Origin: Lichenihabitans sp.
GTDB lineage: Bacteria > Pseudomonadota > Alphaproteobacteria > Rhizobiales > Beijerinckiaceae
Direction: 5' to 3'
Length of the DNA stretch: 64,000 nucleotides
NCBI GenBank assembly: GCA_036276175.1
Contig: DATBEH010000040.1
Coordinates: 1,935-65,934 of the forward strand
The stretch's first letter is position 1, and each line of letters opens with the position of its first letter. The translations under genes were made by a program, and so were the position numbers. The notes below the pieces were generated by a model, which saw only the letters and a list, made by a program, of their open reading frames with translations, was not told where the DNA came from and searched no databases. This document shows, one piece after another, positions 9,620 to 19,350 of this stretch.

Positions 9620-10891
9620 ATGAAACGCCTGACCACGACACTCATGGCGGCGAGCGCGCTCGCCCTGCTTCTCGGCGCGCCGGCCCGGGCCGACACCACC
9701 CTCAAGCTGACCGAGGTGATCACCAGTCCCGAGCGGACCGACACGCTCAAGCAGATCGTCAAGACGTTCGAGGACGCCAATCCGGGCGTCCATGTCGAAA
9801 TCACCTCGCTGCCCTGGGGCCAGGCCTTCGAGAAATTCGCCACCATGGTCTCGGCGGGCGACACGCCCGACGTCGTCGAGATGCCCGACCGCTGGCAGGC
9901 GCTCTACGCCAACGGCGGCCGCCTCGAGAATCTCGAGCCCTATCTGGCCAAATGGGACCACACCGCCGAGCTCAACGAGCGCGCCCTGCAGATGGGCCGC
10001 TACGTCAAGAACACCGCCTACGCGCTGCCCTACGGTTTCTACCTGCGGGCCTTGTTCTACAACAAGATCCTGTTCAAGCAGGCCGGCGTCGATGCGCCAC
10101 CCAAGACGATGGACGAGTTCGTCGCGGCGGCCAAGAAGGTCTCCGCGCTGCCGGGCAAGTCGGGCTATTGCTTGCGCGGCGGCCCCGGCGGCCTCAACGG
10201 CTGGGTGATGTTCGCCGCGACGGAGGCCGGCTCCAACCAGTTCTTCAAGGAGGACGGCACCTCGACCTTCGCCGATCCGGGCTGGGTCAAGGGCGTCGCT
10301 TGGCTGGTCGATCTCTACAAGAACGGCTATGCGCCCTAGGACAGCGTGAACTGGGGCTTCAACGAGATCGTCGCCGGCTTCTATTCAGGCGCCTGCGCCA
10401 TGCTCGACCAGGACCCCGATGCGCTGATCGCCGTCGCCGAGCGCATGAAGCCCGAGGATTTCGGCGTGGCGCCGATGCCCAAGGGGCCGTCCGGCAAGGC
10501 TTTCACCACCATCGGCTATGCGAGCTGGTCGATGTTCGCCTCGAGCCAGCACAAGGACCTCGCCTGGAAGCTCATCGCCACGCTCGACGGACCCGAAGGC
10601 AACCTGACCTGGAACAAGCGCACCGGCGCCCTGCCGATCTACAAGTCCGCCGAGAAGGACCCGTTCTACGCGGGCGACCAGTTCAAGGGCTGGTTCCAGG
10701 AGCTGGCCGATCCGGACGTGGTGCCGACGGTGATGCCGACCTACCTCCAGGGCTTCGCCTATTTCGCCGATTCGCTCGCGGTCAAGACCAGCCAGCAGGC
10801 GCTGCTCGGCCAGATCAGCCCGGAGGAGATGGCCAAGCAATGGGCCGACTACCTCACCAAGCAGCAGAAGAAGTTCCTGGCGACCAAGTGA
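9620..10891 (+). pseudogene. CUT1 sugar ABC substrate-binding protein interrupted by in-frame TAG at 10337-10339
   Basis: One continuous frame from ATG 9620 to TGA 10891; ...KNGYAP-TAG-DSVNWGFNE... joins ORF-track entries 9527..10339 and 10346..10891. Confidence 0.85.
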
Positions 10892-10901
10892 GGGCCGACC
10901 A

Positions 10902-11028
10902 CCCCTCATTCGTCACCGCGCCGCGGTGCCAACTTCTCCCGCCGGAGGAGAAGGGCGATCCTCGTTCTGTGGCCCTGGCGCCCTTCTCCCCTTGCGGGAG
11001 ACGGTGGCGCGTAGCGCCGGATGAGGGG
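10902..11028. repeat. REP-like extragenic palindrome pair (CCCCTCAT...CTTCTCCC/GGGAGA...ATGAGGGG type)
   Basis: Terminal inverted CCCCTCAT/ATGAGGGG and two internal CTTCTCCC..GGAGA(A/C)GG hairpins. Confidence 0.8.
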
Positions 11029-11039
11029 CCGGCTCCCGC

Positions 11040-11969
11040 ATGACCACCCTTGCCGAGCCGCGCGCGCGGCGGCGCGAGGGCGGCCTGCGCCGTATGACGC
11101 TCCGCATCGAACCCTACGCCTATACGGCTCCGGCGCTGGTTCTGATCTGCGCCGTCATGCTGGTGCCGCTCGTCATCGGCTTGAGCTACGCCTTCCGCGA
11201 TATCACGCTGCTTGATCCGATGAGCGGCGATTTCGTCGGCCTCGATCATTTCCGCGACATCTGGAACGACCCCAATTTCTGGAACGCGCTGCGCAACACC
11301 GTCGTGTGGACCGTCGCCTCCGTGGTGCTGCAATTCGGGCTCGGGTTGGGGCTGGCGTTGCTGCTCAACCGGCCCTGTCCGGGCCGCGGCCTCATCCAGG
11401 CCCTGGTCTTCCTGCCTTGGGCGGTGCCGACCTTCCTGTCCGGCCTCAACTGGGCCTGGCTGTTCAATCCCGTCGTGGGGCCGATCCCGCACTGGCTCTA
11501 CGGGCTCGGTCTCGTCGCCGCGCCGAACAACATCCTGTCCGATCCCGCCCATGCGCTGTGGGGGCCGATCACGGCCAGCGTCTGGTGGGGCGTGCCGTTC
11601 TTCGCCATCACGCTGCTCGCGGCGCTGCAGTCGATCCCGGCCGACATCTACGAGGCCGCGGCGATCGACGGCGCTGGCGCCTTCGAGCGCTTCCGGTCGA
11701 TCACCGTGCCGTTCCTGGCCCCGACCGTCGCCATCACGGTGATGCTGCGCACCGTCTGGATCGCCAATTCGGCCGACCTCATCGTCGTCATGACGCGCGG
11801 CGGCCCGGCCGATTCGACCCAGATCTTGGCGAGCTACATCTTCACCCAGGCCTTCCAGCGGCTCGACTTCGGCTATGCCTCGGCGCTGGCCGCGGTCCTG
11901 CTGGTGCTGCTGCTCGTCTATGCGATGAGCATCGTGGCGCTTCGCCGCACCCTGATCCGGAGCCTGTAG
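11040..11969 (+). CDS. CUT1 ABC permease
   Basis: EAA loop LQSIPADIYEAAAIDGAGAFERFRSITVP; six TM helices. Confidence 0.93.
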   Translation: MTTLAEPRARRREGGLRRMTLRIEPYAYTAPALVLICAVMLVPLVIGLSYAFRDITLLDPMSGDFVGLDHFRDIWNDPNFWNALRNTVVWTVASVVLQFGLGLGLALLLNRPCPGRGLIQALVFLPWAVPTFLSGLNWAWLFNPVVGPIPHWLYGLGLVAAPNNILSDPAHALWGPITASVWWGVPFFAITLLAALQSIPADIYEAAAIDGAGAFERFRSITVPFLAPTVAITVMLRTVWIANSADLIVVMTRGGPADSTQILASYIFTQAFQRLDFGYASALAAVLLVLLLVYAMSIVALRRTLIRSL

Positions 11970-12086
11970 AGCATGATGCCGAAAAGTCAGAATGGGTTTT
12001 CGGGTGACATCGTGCTCCATGCTATTGGACTCGATCACGTTCATGGTTTTAGACCGATCGGATCCAAAATCATGGACGTGATCTAG
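11967..12086. repeat. RIME-like 120-bp double-hairpin element (TAG...CTAG)
   Basis: Hairpin 1 GAGCATGATGCCGAAAA/TTTTCGGGTGACATCGTGCTC; hairpin 2 GATCACGTTCATGGTTTT/AAAATCATGGACGTGATC; begins at the permease stop codon. Confidence 0.8.
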
Positions 12087-12088
12087 CC

Positions 12089-12931
12089 ATGCGCGGCCCG
12101 CCATGGCGGCGCCGCGCCGGCTGGACCGTGCATTACGGGCTGCTGGCGCTCTATGTCGGCTTCGCGCTGTTTCCGCTCTATTGGCTGTTCAAGGTCTCGG
12201 TGACGCCGAACGACCTGCTCTACAGCGAGGGCGTGCGGCTGTGGCCGTCGCACATGACGCTCGATCATTACGCCTCGGTCATCCGCCACACCGATTTTCC
12301 GCTCTATTTCGAGAACTCCACCATCGTGTCGACCGCGACGGCGGCGTTCGCGACCGCCTTCGCGGCGCTCGCCGGCTATGCCTTCTCGCGCTTCGCCTTC
12401 CGGGGCAAAACCGGCCTCGTCGGCCTGATGCTGCTGACCCAGATGTTCCCGCTGGTGATGATCATCGCGCCGATCTTCCGCCTGCTGGCGCCACTCGGCC
12501 TCACCAACAGCCTGACCGGGCTGGTGCTGGTCTACACGGCCTTCAACGTGCCTTTCGCGACCTTCCTGATGCAGAGCTTCTTCGACGCCATCCCGAGGGA
12601 GCTCGAGGAGGCGGCGATGATCGACGGCGCGACGCGGCTCGGCGCCTTGTTGCGCATCATCCTGCCGCTGACCTTGCCGGGAGTCGCGGCGACGCTCGGC
12701 TTCGTCTTCACCGCCGCCTGGAGCGAGCTGCTCTTCGCGCTGATGCTCAATTCCTCGCCCGAAGCCAGCACCTTCCCGGTCGGGCTGCTCTCCTTCGTGT
12801 CGAAATTCTCGGTCGACTTCGGACAGATGATGGCGGCAGGCGTCCTGGCCCTCATCCCCGTCTGCGCCTTCTTCTTCCTGATCCAGCGCTATCTGGTGCA
12901 GGGCTTGACGGCCGGCGCCGTCAAGGGTTGA
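12089..12931 (+). CDS. CUT1 ABC permease
   Basis: FDAIPRELEEAAMIDGA EAA motif; ends GLTAGAVKG. Confidence 0.93.
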   Translation: MRGPPWRRRAGWTVHYGLLALYVGFALFPLYWLFKVSVTPNDLLYSEGVRLWPSHMTLDHYASVIRHTDFPLYFENSTIVSTATAAFATAFAALAGYAFSRFAFRGKTGLVGLMLLTQMFPLVMIIAPIFRLLAPLGLTNSLTGLVLVYTAFNVPFATFLMQSFFDAIPRELEEAAMIDGATRLGALLRIILPLTLPGVAATLGFVFTAAWSELLFALMLNSSPEASTFPVGLLSFVSKFSVDFGQMMAAGVLALIPVCAFFFLIQRYLVQGLTAGAVKG

Positions 12932-12945
12932 GCCTGGAGGGCCAA

Positions 12946-14025
12946 ATGAGCGCCATCGACATCGTCGGGGTCCACAAGCAGTTCGGCGCGACCCAGGTGC
13001 TGCGCGGCATCGACCTCGCGATTCCCTCGGGCGAATTCGTCGTGCTGGTTGGCCCCTCGGGCTGCGGCAAGTCGACCCTGCTGCGCGTCATCGCCGGACT
13101 CGAGGACGTCTCCGCCGGCGACATCACCATCGCCGGCCGCCGGGTCAACGACCTCGCGCCGAAGGACCGCGACCTCGCCATGGTGTTCCAGTCCTACGCG
13201 CTCTACCCCCACATGACGGTGCGCGACAACATGAGCTACAGCCTCAAGCTGCGGCGCACGGCGCCCGAGGCCATCGCCTCGGCGGTCAAGCGCGCCGCCG
13301 CCAAGCTCGGCCTCGCGGGCCTGCTCGAGCGCAAGCCGCGCGCCCTCTCGGGCGGGCAGCGCCAGCGCGTCGCCATGGGGCGCGCCATCGTGCGGGCGCC
13401 CAAGGCCTTCCTGTTCGACGAGCCGCTGTCGAACCTCGATGCGCGGCTGCGCGAGCAGATGCGCTACGAGATCCGCAAGCTGCACCGCGATCTCGGCGCG
13501 ACCTCGATCTATGTGACCCACGACCAGATCGAGGCCATGACCATGGCGGACCGCATCGTCGCCATGAACGAGGGGGTCGTGCAGCAGGTCGGGACGCCCG
13601 ACGCGCTCTACGACGACCCGGCCAACACCTTCGTGGCGGGGTTCATCGGCTCGCCGGCCATGAATTTCCTCGTCGGCACGGCGACGTCGCGCGACGGCGG
13701 CACCGACATCACGGTCGGCCGGGAGCGCCTGGTGCGGCTGCGGCTCATGCCGCCCACGAGCGACGGGCAGGTCACGGTCGGGCTGCGCCCAGAGCGGACC
13801 ATGCTGTCCAGGTCCGGGGCAGGGGCCAGGGCCACGATCGATCTCATCGAGCCGACGGGCCTCGGCTCGGTGGTCCATCTCGACCTCGATGGGCAATTGC
13901 TGAAGCTCTTCACGACTGATCGGGCGCGGCTCGAACCCGCAGAGGCCGTGGTCATCGACGTCCGGCCGGACGACGTGCTGCTGTTCGATCCCGCCACGGG
14001 CGCCCGGCTGCGCCCGCTTTCCTGA
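12946..14025 (+). CDS. MalK/UgpC-type ABC ATP-binding protein
   Basis: GPSGCGKST Walker A, LSGGQRQR signature, DEPLSNLD; GGAGG RBS before ATG 12946. Confidence 0.95.
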   Translation: MSAIDIVGVHKQFGATQVLRGIDLAIPSGEFVVLVGPSGCGKSTLLRVIAGLEDVSAGDITIAGRRVNDLAPKDRDLAMVFQSYALYPHMTVRDNMSYSLKLRRTAPEAIASAVKRAAAKLGLAGLLERKPRALSGGQRQRVAMGRAIVRAPKAFLFDEPLSNLDARLREQMRYEIRKLHRDLGATSIYVTHDQIEAMTMADRIVAMNEGVVQQVGTPDALYDDPANTFVAGFIGSPAMNFLVGTATSRDGGTDITVGRERLVRLRLMPPTSDGQVTVGLRPERTMLSRSGAGARATIDLIEPTGLGSVVHLDLDGQLLKLFTTDRARLEPAEAVVIDVRPDDVLLFDPATGARLRPLS

Positions 14026-14061
14026 GCCGACCGGGGACGAGATCCCGTCGCGCCGCCGGCC

Positions 14062-14490
14062 TCAGCCCATCAGATCCGCCACGATCGCCGCACGAGCGGT
14101 GGCATCAGACGCCAGAAGGTGCAGGTGGATCTCGTTGGCCCCGGCCGCGACGGCCGCCGCGAGCGTCACGCCGCCGAAGACCACCTCCGGCAGGGGGCCG
14201 GTATCGCCGGCGTGGAGGATGCGGCGGCGGCCGTCCGCCTGTCGCAGCACCGCCATCACCACGCTGTCCGCGTAGAAAGGACAATCGTCGAGCCCGCGGC
14301 GCCCATCGACCGGAAAGACCGAGAACAGATAGCGCCGGCCCGAGGCGCCGCACCAATAGCGGAAGCGCTCGGCGAGACCGCTTCCCGCCAAGCCGGCCAG
14401 CGGCGCGTCGACGCTCGATGCCCCGGCCGCTTCCCGCCGCCTGGACGAACCGGGTGCTGAGACCACGGTAACGGACAGGGCCTGTCCCAT
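14062..14490 (-). CDS. Conserved hypothetical protein, probably LexA-regulated
   Basis: W.GASGRRY.FSV...GANEIHLHLLA pattern I recognise from rhizobial hypotheticals; LexA box directly upstream of ATG 14490. Confidence 0.75.
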   Translation of the reverse strand: MGQALSVTVVSAPGSSRRREAAGASSVDAPLAGLAGSGLAERFRYWCGASGRRYLFSVFPVDGRRGLDDCPFYADSVVMAVLRQADGRRRILHAGDTGPLPEVVFGGVTLAAAVAAGANEIHLHLLASDATARAAIVADLMG

Positions 14491-14510
14491 CTTTGTTCTC
14501 CCGAAAGCGA

Positions 14511-14525
14511 GAACAAACATAGAAC
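14511..14525 (-). promoter_or_regulatory. Alphaproteobacterial LexA (SOS) box
   Basis: GAAC-AAACATA-GAAC, i.e. GTTC-N7-GTTC on the minus strand, an exact match to the alpha-group LexA direct repeat. Confidence 0.8.
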
Positions 14526-14573
14526 TCTCGCGCCCTTGCCGTCAATCCGGCTGGCCGGTTTTCCAATGCTGTT

Positions 14574-15344
14574 TTACGCGAGCCGATCGGTCGACGGTGC
14601 CGCGTGGGTCGGCGCCAATGAGGGGTCCTTGGCCACGGCTTCGTGCAACAGCCGGTTCGAGGCGGTCTCGATCCGCTGCTCGAGCAGGCGGAGGAATTGC
14701 GTGCGCTCGAGGCCGGGCTCGATCGGCTCGAGGAATTCGATCACGACGGTGCCGGGGCGGCGCAGGAAGGAGCGGCGCGGCCAGAACAGGCCGGAGTTCA
14801 GCGCCACCGGAACGCAGCGGGTCGCCGTCTCGCCATAGATGAAGGAGACGCCGAACTTGTATTGCGGGGGCGCCCCGGGCGGGCGGCGCGTCCCCTCGGG
14901 AAAGATGATGAACTGCCGTCCGTCGGCGAAGACGCGCTCGGCCGCCTGGCAGATCTGGGCCAGCGCCGCCCGGCCCCGCGCTCGATCGATGGCGATCTGC
15001 TCGGAGCGCGTGACGTAGAGGCCGAAGAGCGGGATGCGCGAGAGCTCGCGCTTCAGCACATAGGTGAAATCGGGAAGGATCGTCGGCAGCACGAACACGT
15101 CCCACAGCGACTGATGCTTGGCGGCGACGATCGTCGCGCCGGACCTTAGATGCTCGCGTCCCCGAACCTCGATGTCGACGCCGCAGACGAGGCGCAGCAG
15201 GACCAGCGAGGAGCGCCCCCACAGTGCCGCGAGGCGCATGATGGCGCCGCGCCCGAACAGCAGCGTCGGCAGTCCGAAGACCATCAGCCCGAGCAGGTTG
15301 AGATAGAAGAGGACGTTGAACAGGGCGGAGCGCAGGACCAGCAT
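14574..15344 (-). CDS. plsC: 1-acyl-sn-glycerol-3-phosphate acyltransferase
   Basis: AKHQSLWD (HX4D), VLKREL..IPLFG, IFPEGTR motifs; start set at ATG 15344. Confidence 0.92.
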   Translation of the reverse strand: MLVLRSALFNVLFYLNLLGLMVFGLPTLLFGRGAIMRLAALWGRSSLVLLRLVCGVDIEVRGREHLRSGATIVAAKHQSLWDVFVLPTILPDFTYVLKRELSRIPLFGLYVTRSEQIAIDRARGRAALAQICQAAERVFADGRQFIIFPEGTRRPPGAPPQYKFGVSFIYGETATRCVPVALNSGLFWPRRSFLRRPGTVVIEFLEPIEPGLERTQFLRLLEQRIETASNRLLHEAVAKDPSLAPTHAAPSTDRLA

Positions 15345-15585
15345 CGATCCCTTGTGCCAAAGCCGGCCCGGCGTGGGAAGGGAGCTTGCGCGTCTTTTCG
15401 GAGCAGGGCCGTCCGTCAACGGCCGAACATGCTCCGGGCCGGCGCCCGAGCCTTGCGCTCGCTGCATGCCAGTGCTGTTTTGCAGTGCAATATACATCTC
15501 TTGCGGTGCAAAAAACAGGCGCGTGCCTATATCAGGGGCGGCGGAGCCGAAGGCGCCGCCATCCACCCTCAAGCAACAAGAAACC

Positions 15586-15783
15586 ATGAAGACCGACACC
15601 AAACTTGCCCCGTTCCGGGGCGCCCTGCAGAAGCTGCATCTCCACGCCGTCGTGACCACCGCCCGCCGGGCGATCGAAAGCACGATGGAGCGCTACGGCC
15701 AAAGGCCGCTGCGCGATGTCGACGGCTGGTCGGACCAGGCCGAAGTGGCGTTCTACGAGGAGCGCTGCAACCTCAAGGCTTGA
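15586..15783 (+). CDS. 65-aa hypothetical protein
   Basis: ATG 15586 after purine-rich AAGAAACC; occupies its own intergenic slot; two TGC-N3-GCA boxes upstream. Confidence 0.55.
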   Translation: MKTDTKLAPFRGALQKLHLHAVVTTARRAIESTMERYGQRPLRDVDGWSDQAEVAFYEERCNLKA

Positions 15784-15789
15784 CGCGCG

Positions 15790-16701
15790 TCAGGCCTTCC
15801 GCAGCATGAGCGTCGCCCAGCCTTCGAGGTCGCGGCGGCGCTCGAGCCGGAAGCCCTGCGGGCCGTAGGCCGACAGGATGCCGGCGACATCCGCCGGCAA
15901 CAGGCCGGACAGAACGAGATCGGCGCCCGGTGCCGCATGGGCCGCGATCGACGGTGCCAGACCGCGCAGGGGACGCGCCAGGATGTTGGCGAAGATCAGG
16001 TCGTAGGGCGCGCCGTGGCGAAGCGCCGGGTGCCCCAGCCCGGCCGCGACGACCGGGCGGACGAAGGCTGCGACGCCGTTGAGGCGGGCGTTGGCGGCGG
16101 CGGCTTCGACCGCGACAGCATCGAGATCCCCGCACCGGACGGGCCGTTTCAGCGCCTTCGCGGCCGCCATGGCCAGCACGCCGGTGCCGGTGCCGAGGTC
16201 GAGGATGCGGCGCGGACGGCGCCGCTTGAGCACGCGATCGAGCGCCAGGAGGCAGCCGCGCGTCGTGCCGTGATGGCCGGTGCCGAAGGCGAGCGCGGCC
16301 TCGATTTCCAGTGCAAGATCATTCGGTTCGACCGCGGCGCGGCCGTGGCGTCCGTGCACCAGGAAGCGGCCGGCCCGCACCGGCGACAGGCCATCGAGCG
16401 CCTTCGCGATCCAGTCCTGCTCGGCCACGGTCTCGCTGACCAGCCTGCCTGCCATGTCGTCGCCGATGACCGGGGCGAGAAGCTCACGGACCATCGAGGC
16501 GTCGATTTTGGGCGCCAGATAGATTTCCAGCACCCACGGCCTGGGCCGGAGCGGGCTCGCCTCGTCCTCGAATGCCGCGGCGGCGCTCTCGGCCGGGTCG
16601 AGCAGTTCCACGATGGCATCGGCGGCGCGCCGGGCGGCGGCTTCGTCGCAGACGAGACGCAGCAGCGACGCGGCATCGTTGGGAGGCAGGCCTTCGAGCA
16701 T
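15790..16701 (-). CDS. prmA: Ribosomal protein L11 methyltransferase
   Basis: EAALAFGTGHHGTT, LDLGTGTGVLA, DLIFANILA, LSGLL motifs. Confidence 0.93.
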   Translation of the reverse strand: MLEGLPPNDAASLLRLVCDEAAARRAADAIVELLDPAESAAAAFEDEASPLRPRPWVLEIYLAPKIDASMVRELLAPVIGDDMAGRLVSETVAEQDWIAKALDGLSPVRAGRFLVHGRHGRAAVEPNDLALEIEAALAFGTGHHGTTRGCLLALDRVLKRRRPRRILDLGTGTGVLAMAAAKALKRPVRCGDLDAVAVEAAAANARLNGVAAFVRPVVAAGLGHPALRHGAPYDLIFANILARPLRGLAPSIAAHAAPGADLVLSGLLPADVAGILSAYGPQGFRLERRRDLEGWATLMLRKA

Positions 16702-16846
16702 GGTCGTCAGGATCCGACGTCGAGCCCGGGCAGGCTCGCGCCGAATGCGCTAGCACGGGCCCGGCGCATCGTCATGCTCGAGAGGTGGCTGTCTTGGACG
16801 TTGTCCTGCTTGTCCCGGCGTCGATCCGTGCTATGCGGCCGGGGCG

Positions 16847-17092
16847 ATGTCCGACGTGCCCACGCCTCTCCCGCCTCCCGCGCCCAGAGCCGCGGCTCGC
16901 GTCCACGACACTGAGCCTTCCATCGAACGCGGCACCGGCGCGTTCAGACGCGCCGACCTGGTTGTGTTCGCCGCCGGCTCGCTCTGCGGCATCGCTTTCG
17001 AACGCGACGGCTGGACCGGCCTCGTGGCATTGTGCTCGCTCGTCCTCGTCGCGGCGCTGGCTCTGGCGCTGACGATGCGGCGGGCGGCTTGA
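16847..17092 (+). CDS. Small membrane protein
   Basis: Two hydrophobic segments; fills the gap just upstream of rnhB on the same strand. Confidence 0.5.
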   Translation: MSDVPTPLPPPAPRAAARVHDTEPSIERGTGAFRRADLVVFAAGSLCGIAFERDGWTGLVALCSLVLVAALALALTMRRAA

Positions 17093-17107
17093 GGAGGCCC
17101 GATCGAC

Positions 17108-17743
17108 GTGCCGCCCCACGACCTTTTCGAGCGACGCCTGAGGGCGCGAGGCGCGCGCATCATTGCGGGAATCGACGAGGCCGGGCGCGGCCCGCTCGCC
17201 GGCCCGGTGGCGGCGGCCGCGGTGATCCTCCATCCCGACGACCTGCCGGACGGCCTCGACGATTCGAAGCTCTTGCCCGCTGTCCGGCGCGAGGAACTCT
17301 ACGGCGAGATCGTGGCCCGGGCGCTGGCGGTCGGCGTCGGCTTCGCCAGCGTCGCCGTGATCGACCGAATCAACATTCGTCAGGCGACCTTCGCGGCGAT
17401 GCGGCAGGCGGTGGCGGCGCTCTCGCTCAGGCCGGCCTGCCTGCTGATCGACGGCAACGACGCGCCGCCGCACCTGCCCTGTCCGGCCGAGACCCTGATC
17501 AAAGGCGACAGCCTGTCGGTGTCGATCGCGGCGGCCTCGATCGTCGCCAAGGTGCTGCGCGACCGGATGATGGTGCGGCTGCACGACGCCCATCCGGTCT
17601 ATGATTTCAAGGCCCACAAGGGCTATGGCACCGCGGCTCACCGCGCCGCCATCGCGACACACGGGCTTTCGCCCCATCATCGCAAGTTGTTCTGTACGCC
17701 GCGGGCCGAGGACGCTCGTAACGTTTTGGCAAAGAAGTCGTAG
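17108..17743 (+). CDS. rnhB: Ribonuclease HII
   Basis: AGIDEAGRGPLAGPV, DDSK, IDGN, IKGD..S.SIAAASIVAKV.RD, HKGYGT. Confidence 0.97.
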   Translation: MPPHDLFERRLRARGARIIAGIDEAGRGPLAGPVAAAAVILHPDDLPDGLDDSKLLPAVRREELYGEIVARALAVGVGFASVAVIDRINIRQATFAAMRQAVAALSLRPACLLIDGNDAPPHLPCPAETLIKGDSLSVSIAAASIVAKVLRDRMMVRLHDAHPVYDFKAHKGYGTAAHRAAIATHGLSPHHRKLFCTPRAEDARNVLAKKS

Positions 17744-17816
17744 CGAAACAGGACAGCATTTTTTTCAAATGCTCAACGTGGGCTTTACCTTAACGCCGGC
17801 ATAGTCGCGACTGTGA

Positions 17817-19025
<1,209 letters not shown>

Positions 19026-19152
19026 ACCATCTCCGGGAAGCATTCGCTAAGCCTTCCCGACGATGAGGCAAATCGGCGCTGGCGGAACCTTGGGCGACGG
19101 TGCAGCATTGCGTTCGGGAAGGCCTCGTCCGAGGCAGCCCGTGGAGCGCGAC

Positions 19153-19350
19153 ATGACCCGCTGGATTCTCGCACTGACCGCCATCTGCGTATCATCGGCT
19201 GCGCTGGCTCTGAGCGGGGCCGTGTCACCCACGAACCTTCTTGGTGCGGTCTGCCTTGGCGCGCTGGCGTCCTGCGCCGCCGTCCTGCTCTCGGACCGCC
19301 ACGAGACCCGGCAGCTGCAGCCGGTCCGGATCCGCCGCAGGAACCGGTGA
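19153..19350 (+). CDS. Small two-TM membrane protein
   Basis: MTRWILALTAICVSSAALAL...LGAVCLGALASCAAVLL plus basic tail; GGAG RBS; antisense to the mutY ORF 3' extension. Confidence 0.55.
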   Translation: MTRWILALTAICVSSAALALSGAVSPTNLLGAVCLGALASCAAVLLSDRHETRQLQPVRIRRRNR

